This document shows, in pieces, positions 1 through 12,987 of a stretch of DNA of 64,000 nt; the first letter of the stretch is position 1; each line of letters opens with the position of its first letter. The notes under the pieces are model-generated. The model was not told where the DNA came from, searched no databases, and saw only the letters and a list, made by a program, of their open reading frames with translations. Source of the stretch: Lama glama. Lineage: Eukaryota. The position numbers and the translations under genes are program-made. The stretch lies in contig CM052816.1 in NCBI GenBank assembly GCA_028534125.1, positions 99,636,001 through 99,700,000 on the forward strand. The letters are read 5' to 3'.

Positions 1-328
1 ATGATTATTGCATCAAATTAGTTGACACTCCCACCTCCTTGCATCATTGCTTCTTCTGTGTGGGCTAAGAGCACCCGAGGGCTAATCTCAGCTGAGTTCA
101 GGTGCGCAGCATGGCGTCACTGACCACAGTCGCCAGGCTGTGGGTTAGGCCTCCCGACTCACTCATCTTGCATAACTAAACCTGCATGCCCTTTGGCCGA
201 CATCTCCCCGCTTCTGCCCCCTCAGCCCCCTGGAAACGGTCGTTCTACTGTCTGGTTCTATGAATTGAACATTTTTAGATTCCACCTACAAGTGAGGCCA
301 TGCAGTGTTTTCTTTTCTGGGTCTGGCT
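1..328 (-). mobile_element. L1 (L1MA/L1MB-like) 3' UTR fragment, part of a 5'-inverted insertion; runs off the window start
   Basis: Antisense L1 3' motifs, e.g. ttttagattccacctacaagtgaggccatgcagtgttttcttttctgggtctggct (273-328), and decayed 'tctactgtctggttctatgaattgaac'. Confidence 0.8.
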
Positions 329-487
329 AATCCCACTTCTGGGTCTATATCCAAAGGAAATTAAATCAGGATCTCAAAGAGACATCTGCACCCCTGTGTC
401 CATTGCAGCATTATCCACAGTAGCCAGGATGTGGAAACAGCCTACATGCCCATCCACGGAGGACTGGACAAAGACACCGTGTATATG
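329..487 (+). mobile_element. L1 ORF2 C-terminal fragment (inverted segment of the same insertion)
   Basis: ORF 300..503 reads IPLLGLYPKEIKSGSQRDICTPVSIAALSTVARMWKQPTCPSTEDW, matching the L1 ORF2p C-terminal motif (IPLLGIYPKE...TPMFIAALFTIAK.WKQPKCPS.DEW). Confidence 0.9.
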
Positions 488-539
488 TAGGTTTGGTTGC
501 TGACAGTTCACAGCATCCTTGCCCTGGGCTGGGCCCACC

Positions 540-760
540 AGAGGTTCCAGGAGGCATTCTGGTGGTCAGATCCCAGTTTCAGGGGCACACTGGAAGTGAG
601 TGGTAGGAGACGCCAAGGGCATACGTCCCCTCTTGTGAAGGGCGTTCCCCCAACCCTGCCACACAGCACTTGTACTCATGTGACTCACCAGACCTTCGTC
701 ACATGGTCACATGTAGCTGCACGAGAGCTGAGAAATCCCCTGAGTCGAGTGGTCTGACTT
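540..760. mobile_element. Old MaLR LTR remnant (MLT1J/K/L-like)
   Basis: gtcacatggtcacatgtagctgcacgagagctgagaaat resembles the recalled MLT1 motif gtcacatggccacacctagctgcaagggaggctgggaaat. Boundaries are approximate. Confidence 0.5.
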
Positions 761-3700
761 CAGCTAACCGGGGGCTTGCTGAAGGAAGCAGTGTTAGGAC
801 GCGAGTTAGGGGTGAGACTTAAGTTAACCGTCATTCTTTTGAACAAAATTTGAAGAATACTGCCTGATGTGATCTATTAAGATGACTACAGTTGTTGGCT
901 TGAGTCTGTATAAATAAAAAAAAAAATAAGCCTAGGCTTAATGGAACAAACCACCAATAAATACCCTCCTGTCTGCGACCCGGAGCACTCGGAGAGTGAG
1001 GTCCTCATCACCCGTTAACACAGTCAGGACGGAGTATACCTCCACACGTTTCCTTCCAGCTTCGCTTGGAGAAAAGTCTGTCCCAGAAACACTTGAACAT
1101 TAGAGCAAATTGCAGACTATAATTTATAGAACACTGCATACCATTTAGCCAGCAGATCATAGCTGTTCCTTTATAAATGTCACAGGAAGCTTCCACTATA
1201 AACTGCAAACGTGTAGGAAGAAACTCTTGAAACATAAATTATGAGGATCCTTAAAATACATAATACTTTACAGGAAGTAATGCTTTTCCAGGCTGTCGTG
1301 ATCCTTCATGTAAATACGGACCTAACGTCTTTTTAAAGTGCTGTTCCGTCTTCCCAGCTGCCTGAGGCACTGCTGAAGAAAATGAATGTTTTAAAATTAT
1401 GTTGACGAAACTGAAAGCGACTTTGAGTCCAGGAGTCTTTGGGGAGCGATCTGGGGCTGCTCTGAGCGGGACCGGCCATTTGCGCGAGTGGATTTGCTCA
1501 GGTTCGCCCCACTGCCCCCGGCATGCGGACACTCGCGTTGACACCTTGAGTGGGTCCTCAGATGTCCAGGAAAGCCCGGCAGCCTGGGGACAGCTGTGGA
1601 CCGACTGTTAATGCCCCTCACCCCCCAGCCCCAGTCCTCAGCGCCTTCAGCGGAAGGCCAGCGTCCTCGGCACCACGCTGGATCTGCTCCCTGGAGCCGG
1701 TCGGCAGTGTTGCTAAATCCTAGCATTTTAACCTGTTTTCTTCAAGGGAGCCGGGCTCTCTGGGCAGTTATCACCTCCAGCAACCAGTCTTTGCTCTGTG
1801 TGTTCACTCCCATGCTGAGGAGATGACTGACCACAAACCTCCCCCGAAGCACAGATGGAAAGCCCTTCCCTTCCCCCGCTGAGAGCCCGCACGGGGGCTG
1901 CGCACGAGTGATGTCCTCCTGAGTGTCCCGTCCGGGAATCGGAATAAGCGAGAGGAGAGGACTCTTACTGCCATGACCCTGAAATTCGATGGATGCCTCC
2001 AGGGGTCCAGGTGGGTTTTAATAAGCAGTGTGTTCGCTCTGCCTTCCCAGTAACTCTAAATACACGGACGGTGTCAGGCTCGGTCTGGGCTGTGAATTAC
2101 CTAAAAACAGCCCCCTCTACCCCGTGTTCTGTGCAATCCCCTGGCTGGGACCAGGAAGGCAGGAACCAGGGCACTGCAGTCGGTGCGAAAATACGTTTTC
2201 CCCTCTCATCAAAAGCTTTCTTGGAGCCTCTTCTCAAGCTCAAACAATGGAAGCGAATGTGCCACGGAGAGAGGGCTGTGTGGGGAGGGGTCCCGCTTCT
2301 GCCCGGCCAGCGTCAGCACAGACGCCACTGCCCGCAGCCGCCGCGCCCCGGCACCTCCAGCTTAAAGACCAAGGGGAGGTGATTTTGGACAAACTTCCTC
2401 TTTTCCCTGAGATCTTGGATTCTGCACTCGCTTTCTGTTCTCAATTAAAATAGCAAACTGTCAAACTGTGGGCAAACTTCCCGGGGGGGGGGGCGGAGGG
2501 CTCCTAAGAGCCTTTATTTACCACCATTTCCCTGAGAATGAAGATCTCCGGGCATTTCCCAGTTGTAAGGGGCTTTGGGGAGAGGCGCGGCTACCAGCGC
2601 CTCTCCCTGCGTCTCAGTCTGTCTCCCATCAGTCTCTCCATCACGAAGCCTCCACCCGCCCCCACCCTTGCCTCCTGACAGGGGCTGAGCTCGTGCCCAC
2701 CCTTCTCCTTGGGGTCAGCACTCGGGGGCCCTGTGGCTGCCCTCCCCCTTCTGACTCCCTCCACGCCCCTCCTCACTCCTTCTTCTGCGTTCCAGACTGG
2801 GTCCCCCTTCTTTCCAACTCACCAAAGTACACTCTGCAGCTTCATTTCACATAACCCGGGAAAGCGCTGTTAATTGGAGTTTGACGGAACTTTGTGCCTT
2901 TAACATGGCACTTGTCTGTCATTTATTAAGAACGCTTCCTAGGACGCAGATACTAAATCTGCAAAGAAAACGAAAGCAAAATATCACCAAGGGGAGTAAG
3001 TGAAACAAAAAAAAAAAAAAGGTGCAAATGAAACTTAGTTGCTTTGGATCCTAAATCTAAAGGCCAAGCTGCGCTGGCAGCCCTGGCGGAGGTGCTGGGG
3101 CGCTGACTTCTGAAGCCTGATGGGTAAACATGGCAATAAAACGACAGTTAAGTTTTTAATAAATCTCGGCTCCTTCCCAAACGCTCCACCCTGCAGGACG
3201 AGTAAATTAAAGAGGCCTGGGTGCTTCAGGAGCCCAAGAAACGAGTGACAGAGTCAGGCTTTTGGGCAGAGAGGGGGCTGCTGGCCACGCGGCCGCGCCC
3301 CACGCGGGGAGGGGCCAGGGCGCTGCATGCGCTCAGGGAAATGGTTCCAGGGTTGGCAAGGGCTTTTTCCAGCGAAGCCGGAGCTGGCGTGATAAAGTGC
3401 CGCTCTTTCACCAGAAAGAATGTTTGCTTACTATTTCATCATCCCCTAGAGGAGCAGAGAAGGAAAATAAGCACTCGGTTGTCATTATGACAGGATAAAA
3501 ATGGAGCCGTCATATTTCAAGAACACAATGCGATGAGCTGCCTGCCCGGCGGTGAGTTATGGGCTCGCGGGCGCACGCTCGACTGTAAGTTAATATTATC
3601 TCCCCAGGATAATTAGAGGGAGGTTCAATTACTGACCCTGAATTGCCATGTGGGCCGCACCGCGGGTTTTGACACAGCTTTTTACACATTTATCTTTTCA

Positions 3701-6700
3701 CATAATGCGCTAAATCTGCATCGGGGCGGTGATTCATCTTGCTGCGCCCCCTCCAGCTTGCTCGTCCTCCTCGCCTGGGCGGGCTGGTCCCTGGGGTCCC
3801 CTTGGGCGCAGAGTGACTGGCTCTGTGACCCTGTGTTCTTCTGCGCATTTACCTTCCTCCCTTTGTGTTGGGGGATGGTGGTCACTCCTGAGTTGGGTCT
3901 GATGAGTGTTTCCTGGAGGGTCTCTGGATGCTGAGTGCGGCCATGCCCACCTCCCGGGGGAACCCTGGGGTCGGCTCTAGGCTCCGCCTGTGCTGCTGTG
4001 AGTGGGACCCTCACAGCGTCCCTTGGGAGCCAGGGCGCCCTTGTTTCCACGGGGCGCGTCCAGAGACGGGATCGTTCATCTTCAGGCAGCTTCGCAAGCA
4101 GCTGAACCCTCCATGAGGCTCGCTGTCTGTCCCTGCTCTTCCAGAAGCAGGCGGAGCCGCACATGTCAGCCTGGCCCTCCCCGGGGCAGAGAGGGCCTGC
4201 AAGTGAGGGGCGACAGGTGCAGAGCCCCCCGACAGAAGGGCGTGGAGTCAAACAGACGTCCCCCTGAGAGCCCCGCGTAGATCGCAACTTGGGGTTTGCC
4301 AGCGCTGGGGATGAAAACTTTGGGTCCTAGTATTTTAAATCATTTTATTTTATTTATTGCAAAATGTATTTTTTCCCACTCTGGGGCTGATGGTTAAGAT
4401 AACCAGGGCTTGATCCCTGAGGTTTTGTGGGAGACCAGGGCTCCCAGCCCCTAGGTGTGGACCGAAGGGGGCTGAGGAGTGTCTCCCTGCACACACAGCG
4501 GAAGCCCGGGAGGCCCGGGAGGAGCGCCAGGGGTCCCCAGGTCCTTCCTTTCCTCCGTGATGGTGGAGGGTCCTGGGGCGGGTGCTGACAAGGGCTGACA
4601 AGGGCGGACGGGGAGAGACTGGGAAGACCCTGCTTCAGGCTCACAGCTGAAGGGCCCTGCTCTTCAGCCCTTTCCTCTCGCACGTCGGACACGGCTGAGC
4701 AGACGCCTGCTGCTCCAGGCTTTGCTCACCGCTGCTTATCTCCTAGGGAGCGGGTTCTGTGCACACCAGCAAGACAGAAGCGGCCACCCCGACCAGGACC
4801 CGGCTTCGCCAGCACACACTGCACACACTGCACACACCTTACCCAAACCAAACCAAACGGGGGCCTCGGAAAAGCCTCCACTACATTCCTGCCAAGCCGC
4901 TGCTGCAGAATGAGTCCCGGCCGCTGACAGGCAGTGGACACGCACAGGAAATTCAGTCATTGACCAAGAGCCTTGAAGATTGCTTCAATCTGGTCACCAT
5001 CTGGTCAAAAGTGCCCAGGACTCTGGTGGCCACGTGATGATTCTCCACTTCACCTCCTAAGTACTCACGATGTCCTGCTCGGATACCAGAAGTGATCCTG
5101 TCACCTGAGAAGCCAAGGCACTAAGTGGAAGTGTTTGCATCTAATTCTTTCTGGAAGCAGGGTTAAAGACGGAGGAGGCGGCTCCTAGACCCCCTCGGGG
5201 ATGCTTTTCTTTGCCAAATTACACTTGGTATCAAGCTATTTCGACGTGGTCGGGATAAAAGGCCTGAGTAAGCACATCCAGAGCTGCAGGTGAGATACTC
5301 GGAGTCCTGATGACAGCAGTGACAGATGAGTGAAGGCAAAGAATCTTTCCAACTTAAAAGAAGGAAAACTTGCCGGTTGACTTGCCATGAGCACGGGAAG
5401 TTTAAATATGCAAGAGGGAGAGCAGGACGTGCCTGAGAGTTGCAGGAACCTGGTGCATCGAAATGGACGGGGCGTCCCGGCTGCTCCCCAGTGGCCTCTC
5501 CCCCATCTGTCTTCCAGTCACCAGATGAGACGGGGGCGGCCTGGGGCTCTTTCCACCTCGTGGAGCTGTGTGGGGCTCGCATGTATCCCTTTACAGGGTG
5601 CCGCGGCCGCTACCTTTTTCCTCTCTGTGCCTGCTTCTCGGGAACAGACCCAGTTGCAACATCTTCATTTGGAAAGCCTTGGTCCAGGTGTTAGCCTGCT
5701 GCTGTTCTGACCAAAAATGCAAACTCCCCGCCCCTGCTTCGTGAAGAGCAACATCTGTTCTCACTCCCCCGCCGCGCTCCAGCCCCACCCCAAAGCTGCT
5801 CCCGGGGGTCATTTCAGCTGCACTTTGAGCCTGCCTTCAGCGCATTTCCTTTCTGAATCAATAGTGTAATATTTGTACTTTTGAACATGAAACAGAAACC
5901 TTTTCTTCTTTGCCCGTGTGGTGTTGCGGTTTGCACGGGGAGGGCAGACTTCTGGCAAGCAGAATTTGGGGGACTCCGAAGGGATGCTCCGCAAAGGGCC
6001 AGACGGCACGGGCTGTTTGGAGCTGACCAGGCGCGTTGGCCAGGTGCGGTGTTTCTGCCGCTGTGAGATGGGGCGGGTCTGGCTCTTTCCCCTGTATGTC
6101 GGACGGGAATCTCAGGGGCCCTGGGACACCCAGGGTCGCCAGTGCGGTCCTGGGGGAGGGACGAGCTGCCGTGTGCCTTTGCCCGTGGAATCTGGCCAGA
6201 GACTAACCAGGAAAGAGCCATGGGGCTCCTGCTGGCCTGACACACTTACTTATTACCTTGCACAAACGTTATCTGTGGGCCTTGCAGATCCAGGAGAGTT
6301 AAAAAAGGGCAGGAAGAAGGAGAGGAGGAAGAAGAAAGTTTAGATGGAAGATGGGAATCAGGGAGTTCACAGGGAGGGCGCTAGCACGGGCTGCTCCAGA
6401 GACAGTCAAATCTGCGGGAACATCAGGCAAACGCAGGCATCCCGGAGCCCCAGGGGCCCCTGGCGCTCAGTTCTTCCCCGTGTGGCAGGAGTCCTACCTC
6501 CTGGTCACCTCCCTGAGCAGTGGGTTACACGCATGTGAAGAAGACCGCCTCCCACCCCGAGCCCCTCCTTCTGCACCAGGTGCGCAGCTGGCAGCAGCAT
6601 GGCCACCTCCCCGCACCCAGCCCCTGACTCGCTGTGGCCCGTAGCTGGATGGTGACCATCCACATGTGCGCCCGGGTAGCCAGCAGGCTCCTCCGAGGGC

Positions 6701-7434
6701 CAGTCCTGACTCTCCCCCACGGCTGTCCATCTCGCTCCTCCGCCTCTGCCTGAAGGATTCCTGGGGCCAGGGTGACACAGGAAGCCACGTGGTGGAGCTG
6801 CTGACAGATCCCGCCATCCTGGCCCCAGCGATGGCGCGGACAAATGCGCCACCGACGCTCAGCCAGCAGACGGGGCTCACGTGTGTGAGGAGTAAAGCCC
6901 TGTGGAATTCAGCCTCAGATCCCTGATCGCAGCTAGAATTGCAATAATTGAAACAGGATGTCTCCACATCCTGCTTCCAACGCCTGCGCCGGCGTGGAGC
7001 CCTCGATCCTCAAAGGGAAAAAAAAGAATATTTTGAAAACTTGTATTCACAATTAATTTTAAGTTTATCATGTCTCTGGTAGCAGGTAGGATGATCAAAG
7101 GGAAATAAAGTGGAAATGAAAATAGTTGTTGGCACAGTTAGCGGAAATCATAATTCAGCTCTCATCTAGATTTTGCTAAAATCTGGTTTTCTCTTCCTTC
7201 TTTCTCTCATTCTTCAAAACACAGAAATATGCTTATTGACTCTTGCAAAACTAGACCATGTAGATCACTAGTTTTAAGATACGCAAAACAGCACGTACAG
7301 ATACAGAAGCTGACAATTTCAGTAAGTTATTTGAGGAAGATAGAAAGTAACTTCAGGACGTGGTGCCTTCTTCAGCCGGGGCCGGGGCCGGGGACTTGGA
7401 CCAGGAGGCAGATACGAACTTCAACTTTGTATAT

Positions 7435-7905
7435 AAACCTTAACATTCACGGCAGCGTTATTCACAAAAGCTCAGTGTGGAAGCAGCTCAAGCAGCTACC
7501 GACAGATGAATGGTTCAAAAAACGTGCTACGTGTGCGTACAGTGGAATATTATTCAGCCTTAAAAGGGAATGAAAGTCTTAAACATGTTACAACACAAAT
7601 GACCCTTGAAAGCATTACACTACGTGAAAGAAGCCAGATGCAAAAGGACAAATAACGCATGGTGCTGCCCAGATGAGGCCCCCAGGGGAGTCTAATTCAG
7701 AGACAGAAAGTAGAAGGTGTTTGCTAAGGGCTGTGGGGGAGGGGACGGGGGGTTAGTGTTTAATGGAAACAGAGTTTCAGTTTTGCAAGATGTAAAGAGT
7801 TGGGAGGTAGCCATGGTGATGGCTGCACAACAGTGTGACTGCTCTTGATGCCACCAAATTGCACACTTAAAATCGATAAAAATGGTCAACTGCATGTTGC
7901 ATATA
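7435..7905 (+). mobile_element. L1MB-like 3' end
   Basis: acagtggaatattattcagccttaaaagggaatgaa...gaaagaagccagatgcaaaaggacaaata...tgtttaatggaaacagagtttcagttttgcaagatg...gcacacttaaaa, typical of the L1MB ORF2 end and 3' UTR. Confidence 0.85.
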
Positions 7906-10900
7906 AATATTCCAGACTCAAAGTTTACAGACACCCTTCTTAAACCTAGATGAACCAGACACCTTTCCTACGTCCATCTGTGCACATGCGTGTGTGTGTG
8001 CTGTATTCTTTTTACAAGTCCAATGAGACTAGAAAGATAGCAAGTTTCATCCTGGATGCATTGTTGACACAGCATCGGCTGTTCAGTGAATCCTGAAGCC
8101 AAGGCTCTCTCCTCCTTGCACATGTGCATTCCTCGGGGTCTCTCCCCACAGTGATCCCGGTTCACCTCCACTGAGATGCCTTGTAAATCTCCCCAGGGTC
8201 CCAGGCGGGTCCCGGATGAGCTGGTGAAATGCTCTCCACCAGCTGGATGGTGAGTGGAGTGGAGGGACCTGCGGCCCCTGGGAGCACTTGATTGAACAGC
8301 CCTCTGCAGCCTGGGATCCTGGAACTGATGGGGCTGACGGGTGGCTCTGGGCGTGGCCTCCTCCTCTCCCGCACCCCTCCAGCTCACGCAGAGCCTCCTC
8401 TCTTGCCGAGTCCCGTGGGTTGCACAGCCCAGGTCTCCATGTGCCATGGCCTTCAGATCTGTCTGCATGGCCCAGGGATCCACCCCTGCCTTACAGGACA
8501 CGTCTGCTTCTTTGCCACTTCCAGTTACGTAAGCTCCATCTTCACTGGTACTTGGGCAACTTCGCACTTGCAACATTCTTCTGTCTTTGGACACAATTAA
8601 GTATTTGAAAACACCTCAAAATTAAGCACAGGTCTGGTAAATAAGCCTGAACTTGGCTGTCAGGGGAAGTGACTGACATGCAGAGTGTGGTTTTAATATT
8701 CCTTTCCACGTGACAAAGCGAATGTCCCCGGGGACCGGGGCAGGCTGGGTAGGATCGCTTATCTCCGGAATTGGAAAAGATTGCAGAAGATGAAGAGACA
8801 CTTCGCAAAAATAGCAACCTAATCTCAAGATTCCTACTTATTCACAGCCTTCCTTATTCGGAAGAATCTGGCCGCGCCGGGATGTAGTCTTTTCCCAGTG
8901 CTTTGAGATTTAAGCTTGTAAACACCAGGAGGAAAATGTCCCTGAAGTTGTTAGAGAGGGATGTGTGACTTGGATGCAGTTAGAACCTCCTGGGAACTTT
9001 ACTGAAGTTTACACACGCGTCCTCGCAGGTTCACTATTTTGTTCTCCAGAGCTGTCTGTGATCTGTCTTCTGGTCTGAGTCAGATGCTGAATTACTGAAG
9101 GGTTAGGAGGGAGGTTGTTCCAGAAGCCGGAAGTATTAGAAATCTCACCAAGAATCTGCTTTGGTGCAGTTCCCAGAAAGATTCCCAGAGCCTGGAGAGG
9201 TTTATATAGTTGGCTGAGTTTGGAATAAACATCTCCCAAAGGTTGGGCGTGTTTCCAAACTGAAATGAAATTCGAGGTCCACCCATTTCACTAGTTATTA
9301 AGATAAAGAGAAATCCCCTGTTGAAACCGGATTACACAGTTGGTAGTTCTTGCCAGTGCTGAAACAGATCTACCCGCAAACTTCATGCCTGTATTCTTCC
9401 CCAAGCCCAGCTGATGGAGAAGCAAAAAAAAAAAAAAAAAGTTCCGCCTTCTCCTGGCAATTTGCTTAGTGTCGTCCTTCTGAGACTGCCAGCGTTTGAT
9501 AACATCAGGATGGAAACTCTGACACCCGCTGGCAGGAGGCCTGGGGTTCAGGAAGGAGAAGTGGGCTTTTCTTGTTCGAGTCTTTCTTGCAAGACCGAGA
9601 AATGGGGTTGAACACGTACATCCTGCACGTGGTGATACTTTCCGATTTTAGACTCAAATGTCTGGTGATCATATGTGGAAACAGAAAAAATCAAATACAG
9701 TGAGACGTCGCAGTGAGTTAAGGTCGCCTTGCTCTAAGACAGGACACACGGGATGCTCTCCGCCTTCCAAGGCCAGGTGTGCACTCATGTGGCTTCCCCT
9801 CTGTTCTCAGGCTCAAGAGGATGTCGACTCACCAGCATTTGCTTAAATAAAACACAAGATGACAACATTGGGAGTTTCTATTGAAAATAATCATAGACTC
9901 TTATTGTTGACCAGAATGTTGATGGTTTTTCTTGCCCAAGCCCCTGGTCTGTGAGCGCATTCCTGCGGCACCTCCTGGATGAAGCGGCTGTGCTCCTGGG
10001 GCCCACGTGAGGCCTGTCATCCCAGTGGTACCCACAGCCACGCAGCTGGATGAGGAGGGGGCAAGCAATGGATGAAGCTGAGAGCTGGTACCTCCCTTGT
10101 TGAGTTGAATCCTCTTGTGATAACCTCGCTTTTGTGTGAAGAGAAGAGCCTGCAGGTGGTGGGCGCCCTTCCTGCTGCAGGAGAGGCTCCTGGCTCTGCG
10201 AGCCTTCCTCCCTCTCTCTGTGCCCCCTTGCTTTCTCTCTGCAGCAGGTGCATGGCATTGAGTGACTCACACTCCCCAGATCGTAGTGTGACCCACGGCA
10301 GGCGGGGCAGCGCTCCTGTCGTTTTCTTTCCATTTTTGGCAGCAAAATGTTCGCACCCAAGACTTGGTTCTACTCTGAACCTGAACAATTTAAAAAACTG
10401 AAAATAAAATATTGAATTGGTACAGACCACGCCGTTACCATGACAAGAGTTTCAAAGGTGGGAAATGCCAAAGGGAGGAAACCTGAAACTCTGATGCAGG
10501 TGAGAGACCTGGGTCACGTTCCCTGAAGTTTTCACTCACTTCTTTGTTGTACTTGCAACGTACAATGACTGATAGAACAGCCATTGCACTAAAGTAAGTC
10601 ACTCCATGACATTTGTGATTAAAACGTCCTAATTAAAATATGAACCATCATTAACCCAACGGGGGTCAATATCAGTCAAATAAAATGCAGCTTTCAAAGT
10701 ACGGCCAGATAAGAGTCAAATGATTAAAAAAAGAAGGAAATAATAGGAAAAGCTCTCAGAAGAACTAAGAACCACCGGTAATAAGTCCCTGAAACCCTGA
10801 CTGGCACATCGGGTGTGGGGTGGAGGTAGGTACCTGAGAGCGCTGCGCTCGGGTGCATGGTCTGTTAGGGAAATGACTGGACGGCCAGTTGGCCAACATG

Positions 10901-12323
10901 CGCCATCTTTCCTTTCTCCCTCCGTATTCGCGCGTTGCTGGGCGCGGTTGCCTCAGTGCCCTGCAGGCCACAGTGACTGTTCTCTGCAGCACCTCCAGGA
11001 GGGACCCACACCACGCCCGGGTCTCTGTGTATTTCCTCTCTGGCCTTGAAGGCAGGGATCTCTTCCCTCCTGAGCATCCTCTGCAGCACAAGGCTCGGCA
11101 CCCTGTTCTCAGAAACAGCTTGAGCAAGAAGCAGCGCTGTCCCACCAGGGGCTGAGAGCCCTTCTGGAGAAATGTCCTGTACCTACAGTTGACGGTGGCA
11201 GCCCTCCTCCCCCGACCTGGCGTTTACCCAGGTCCGAGGCCCTTGGAGTCAGGGTACTGTCTGACCTCGGTGGGCGGCAGGCTGGGTCAGAGGGCTCCTT
11301 TCTGAATTTCAGTTCACTCGTGGACCTTTCCTCCCCTAAGACTCTCAGAAAACAGGAAGAGTCCAGGCTCCCCAAAATAAGATTCACACCAAAGGTCACC
11401 AGTCAAAGGCCACCTGCAGTCAGTTGCAACAGGCATGTTTCTTGCCACTGCAAGGGACACAACCTACTGCAGGGAACCAGAAGGAGATTTTTAGAAAAGG
11501 CTGCAAATACGGTTTAGAGAACAAAATCACTCATAGGCTCTCTTGGCAGGGAAGACTCGGAATTTGGAAACCCGGTGTTACTGGAACAATCTCTGGTCTT
11601 ATTTTAGAAGACATGTGTCCAAGCAGAGTTGCTTGTCCACCAGCTTGAGGTCTGACCCTGGAACGTGGGCTCCAAGCACACTGGGGTTAAGGGCTCTGAG
11701 CTCAGATGGGGGGTGATGGGTACCATACTGTTTAACTAGAGTTTGTCTGTTTTGCACCACATTTTGCTGCCTATTTTAAAGCTGTGGTTTTCGTTTCAAC
11801 TTTCAGTTCCTCCAGCACAGTCAAACTTTTACAAGGAGGGTCATTTTTCACTTTATCACATCAGACCTTTGTTCCTCAGTCTACATTTGAGTTGCCGACG
11901 TGCAGGAGGGCCCTTTCTGAAGGTCCTGCCCTGAAGGACCAGACTCGTCCCTGAACGCTCACCATCCCTGGCCCTTGCCCTCTCTCTCCAAGGCAGAAGC
12001 ACCAGGCTGCCAAGCCGGCTGCTCTTCAGTCGGGATGACAGGCTGCTTCTGGGTGCACAGTTCTGTGCTTCCACGGGTCTGTCTTTGCAATGTTATTGAG
12101 AATTCTTCTATGATGCCTACGGCTCCAAAATGCTAACCTGTCATTTGGAGGATATTTGGAAAGAATTATTTTCTGCGTTGACAACCAATACCTCTTCTCT
12201 GTGATAGTGATTTGGTGGGAAAAATGCTTGTTTCGATTCGCATGTTTAACATGCAGTCTATATATTCTGTTGCTCTGAAAGATTAAGGTGGGCATGTGCG
12301 CCAGTTCAGAATCTAATGTAAGG

Positions 12324-12541
12324 TTCTTTCCCACTGTGCGTTATTACAAGAGCCTGACCGCGGTTCCCTGTGCTCCACAGCGGGTCTTGCTGTTTACTTC
12401 ATACGCAGCGCTGTGTCTGCTAGTCCCCACCCCCAGTTTACCCCTCCCCGCATATTTATGTATGTGCATGTGTATGTACAGCTGAACCACTCTGCTCTGC
12501 ACCTGAAACTAACGCTGTAAAGCAACTGCGCTTCAACAAAA
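12324..12541 (+). mobile_element. Short cetartiodactyl L1 3' end with 5' inversion (about 12324-12450 antisense, 12451-12541 sense)
   Basis: The left part aligns to the antisense L1 copies at 18051-18170 and 58445-58560. The right part (cagctgaaccactctgctctgcacctgaaactaac...cttcaacaaaa) aligns to the sense L1 terminus at 61652-61718. Confidence 0.8.
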
Positions 12542-12987
12542 CACTTACAGAAACTAAAGCCAAATTTTTCTAAACTCTCATCTTACTAGATACATTGACC
12601 TTACCTCAATTCATCATACTAGCCAATATGCATTTACCTATCAGTTGAAATCATCTGATTTGTAACTTATACCCTGGTTAGAGAGATACTATTATAAAAT
12701 TTAGAGTCTGCTAATATGGTGATATAGGCTGAGAAAAATACATTGTCATTTATCTCAGTATATGTATTTTTTTAATCTCAGGAAAAAAAAAAAAGAAAAA
12801 ACAAAGCAAAACAAAAAACAGCCTAAAAGCAAAATCAGCTCAGGTCGAAGTGGAGCAGTCCGGCCCCTTCCCCGCTCTACCAAGCGAGCAAGCCGCGTTC
12901 CGGCAGCTCTTCCGCTGTCTTCCCTTAAAGGAGGTCGGCGCCGGAGCTGCCTGCCTAGGATGTTCCCCAGTCATTCCAGGGACTGAC

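Noticed and set aside
7376..7393. (CCGGGG)3, a C9orf72-type hexamer
   Set aside because: Only three units and three G-tracts; unremarkable in GC-rich DNA.
7968..8594. 208-aa ORF (- strand) and similar 190-205 aa ORFs at 3682-4287, 21832-22428 and 32509-33126
   Set aside because: No recognisable homology, and overlapping open frames on both strands point to stop-codon scarcity rather than coding.
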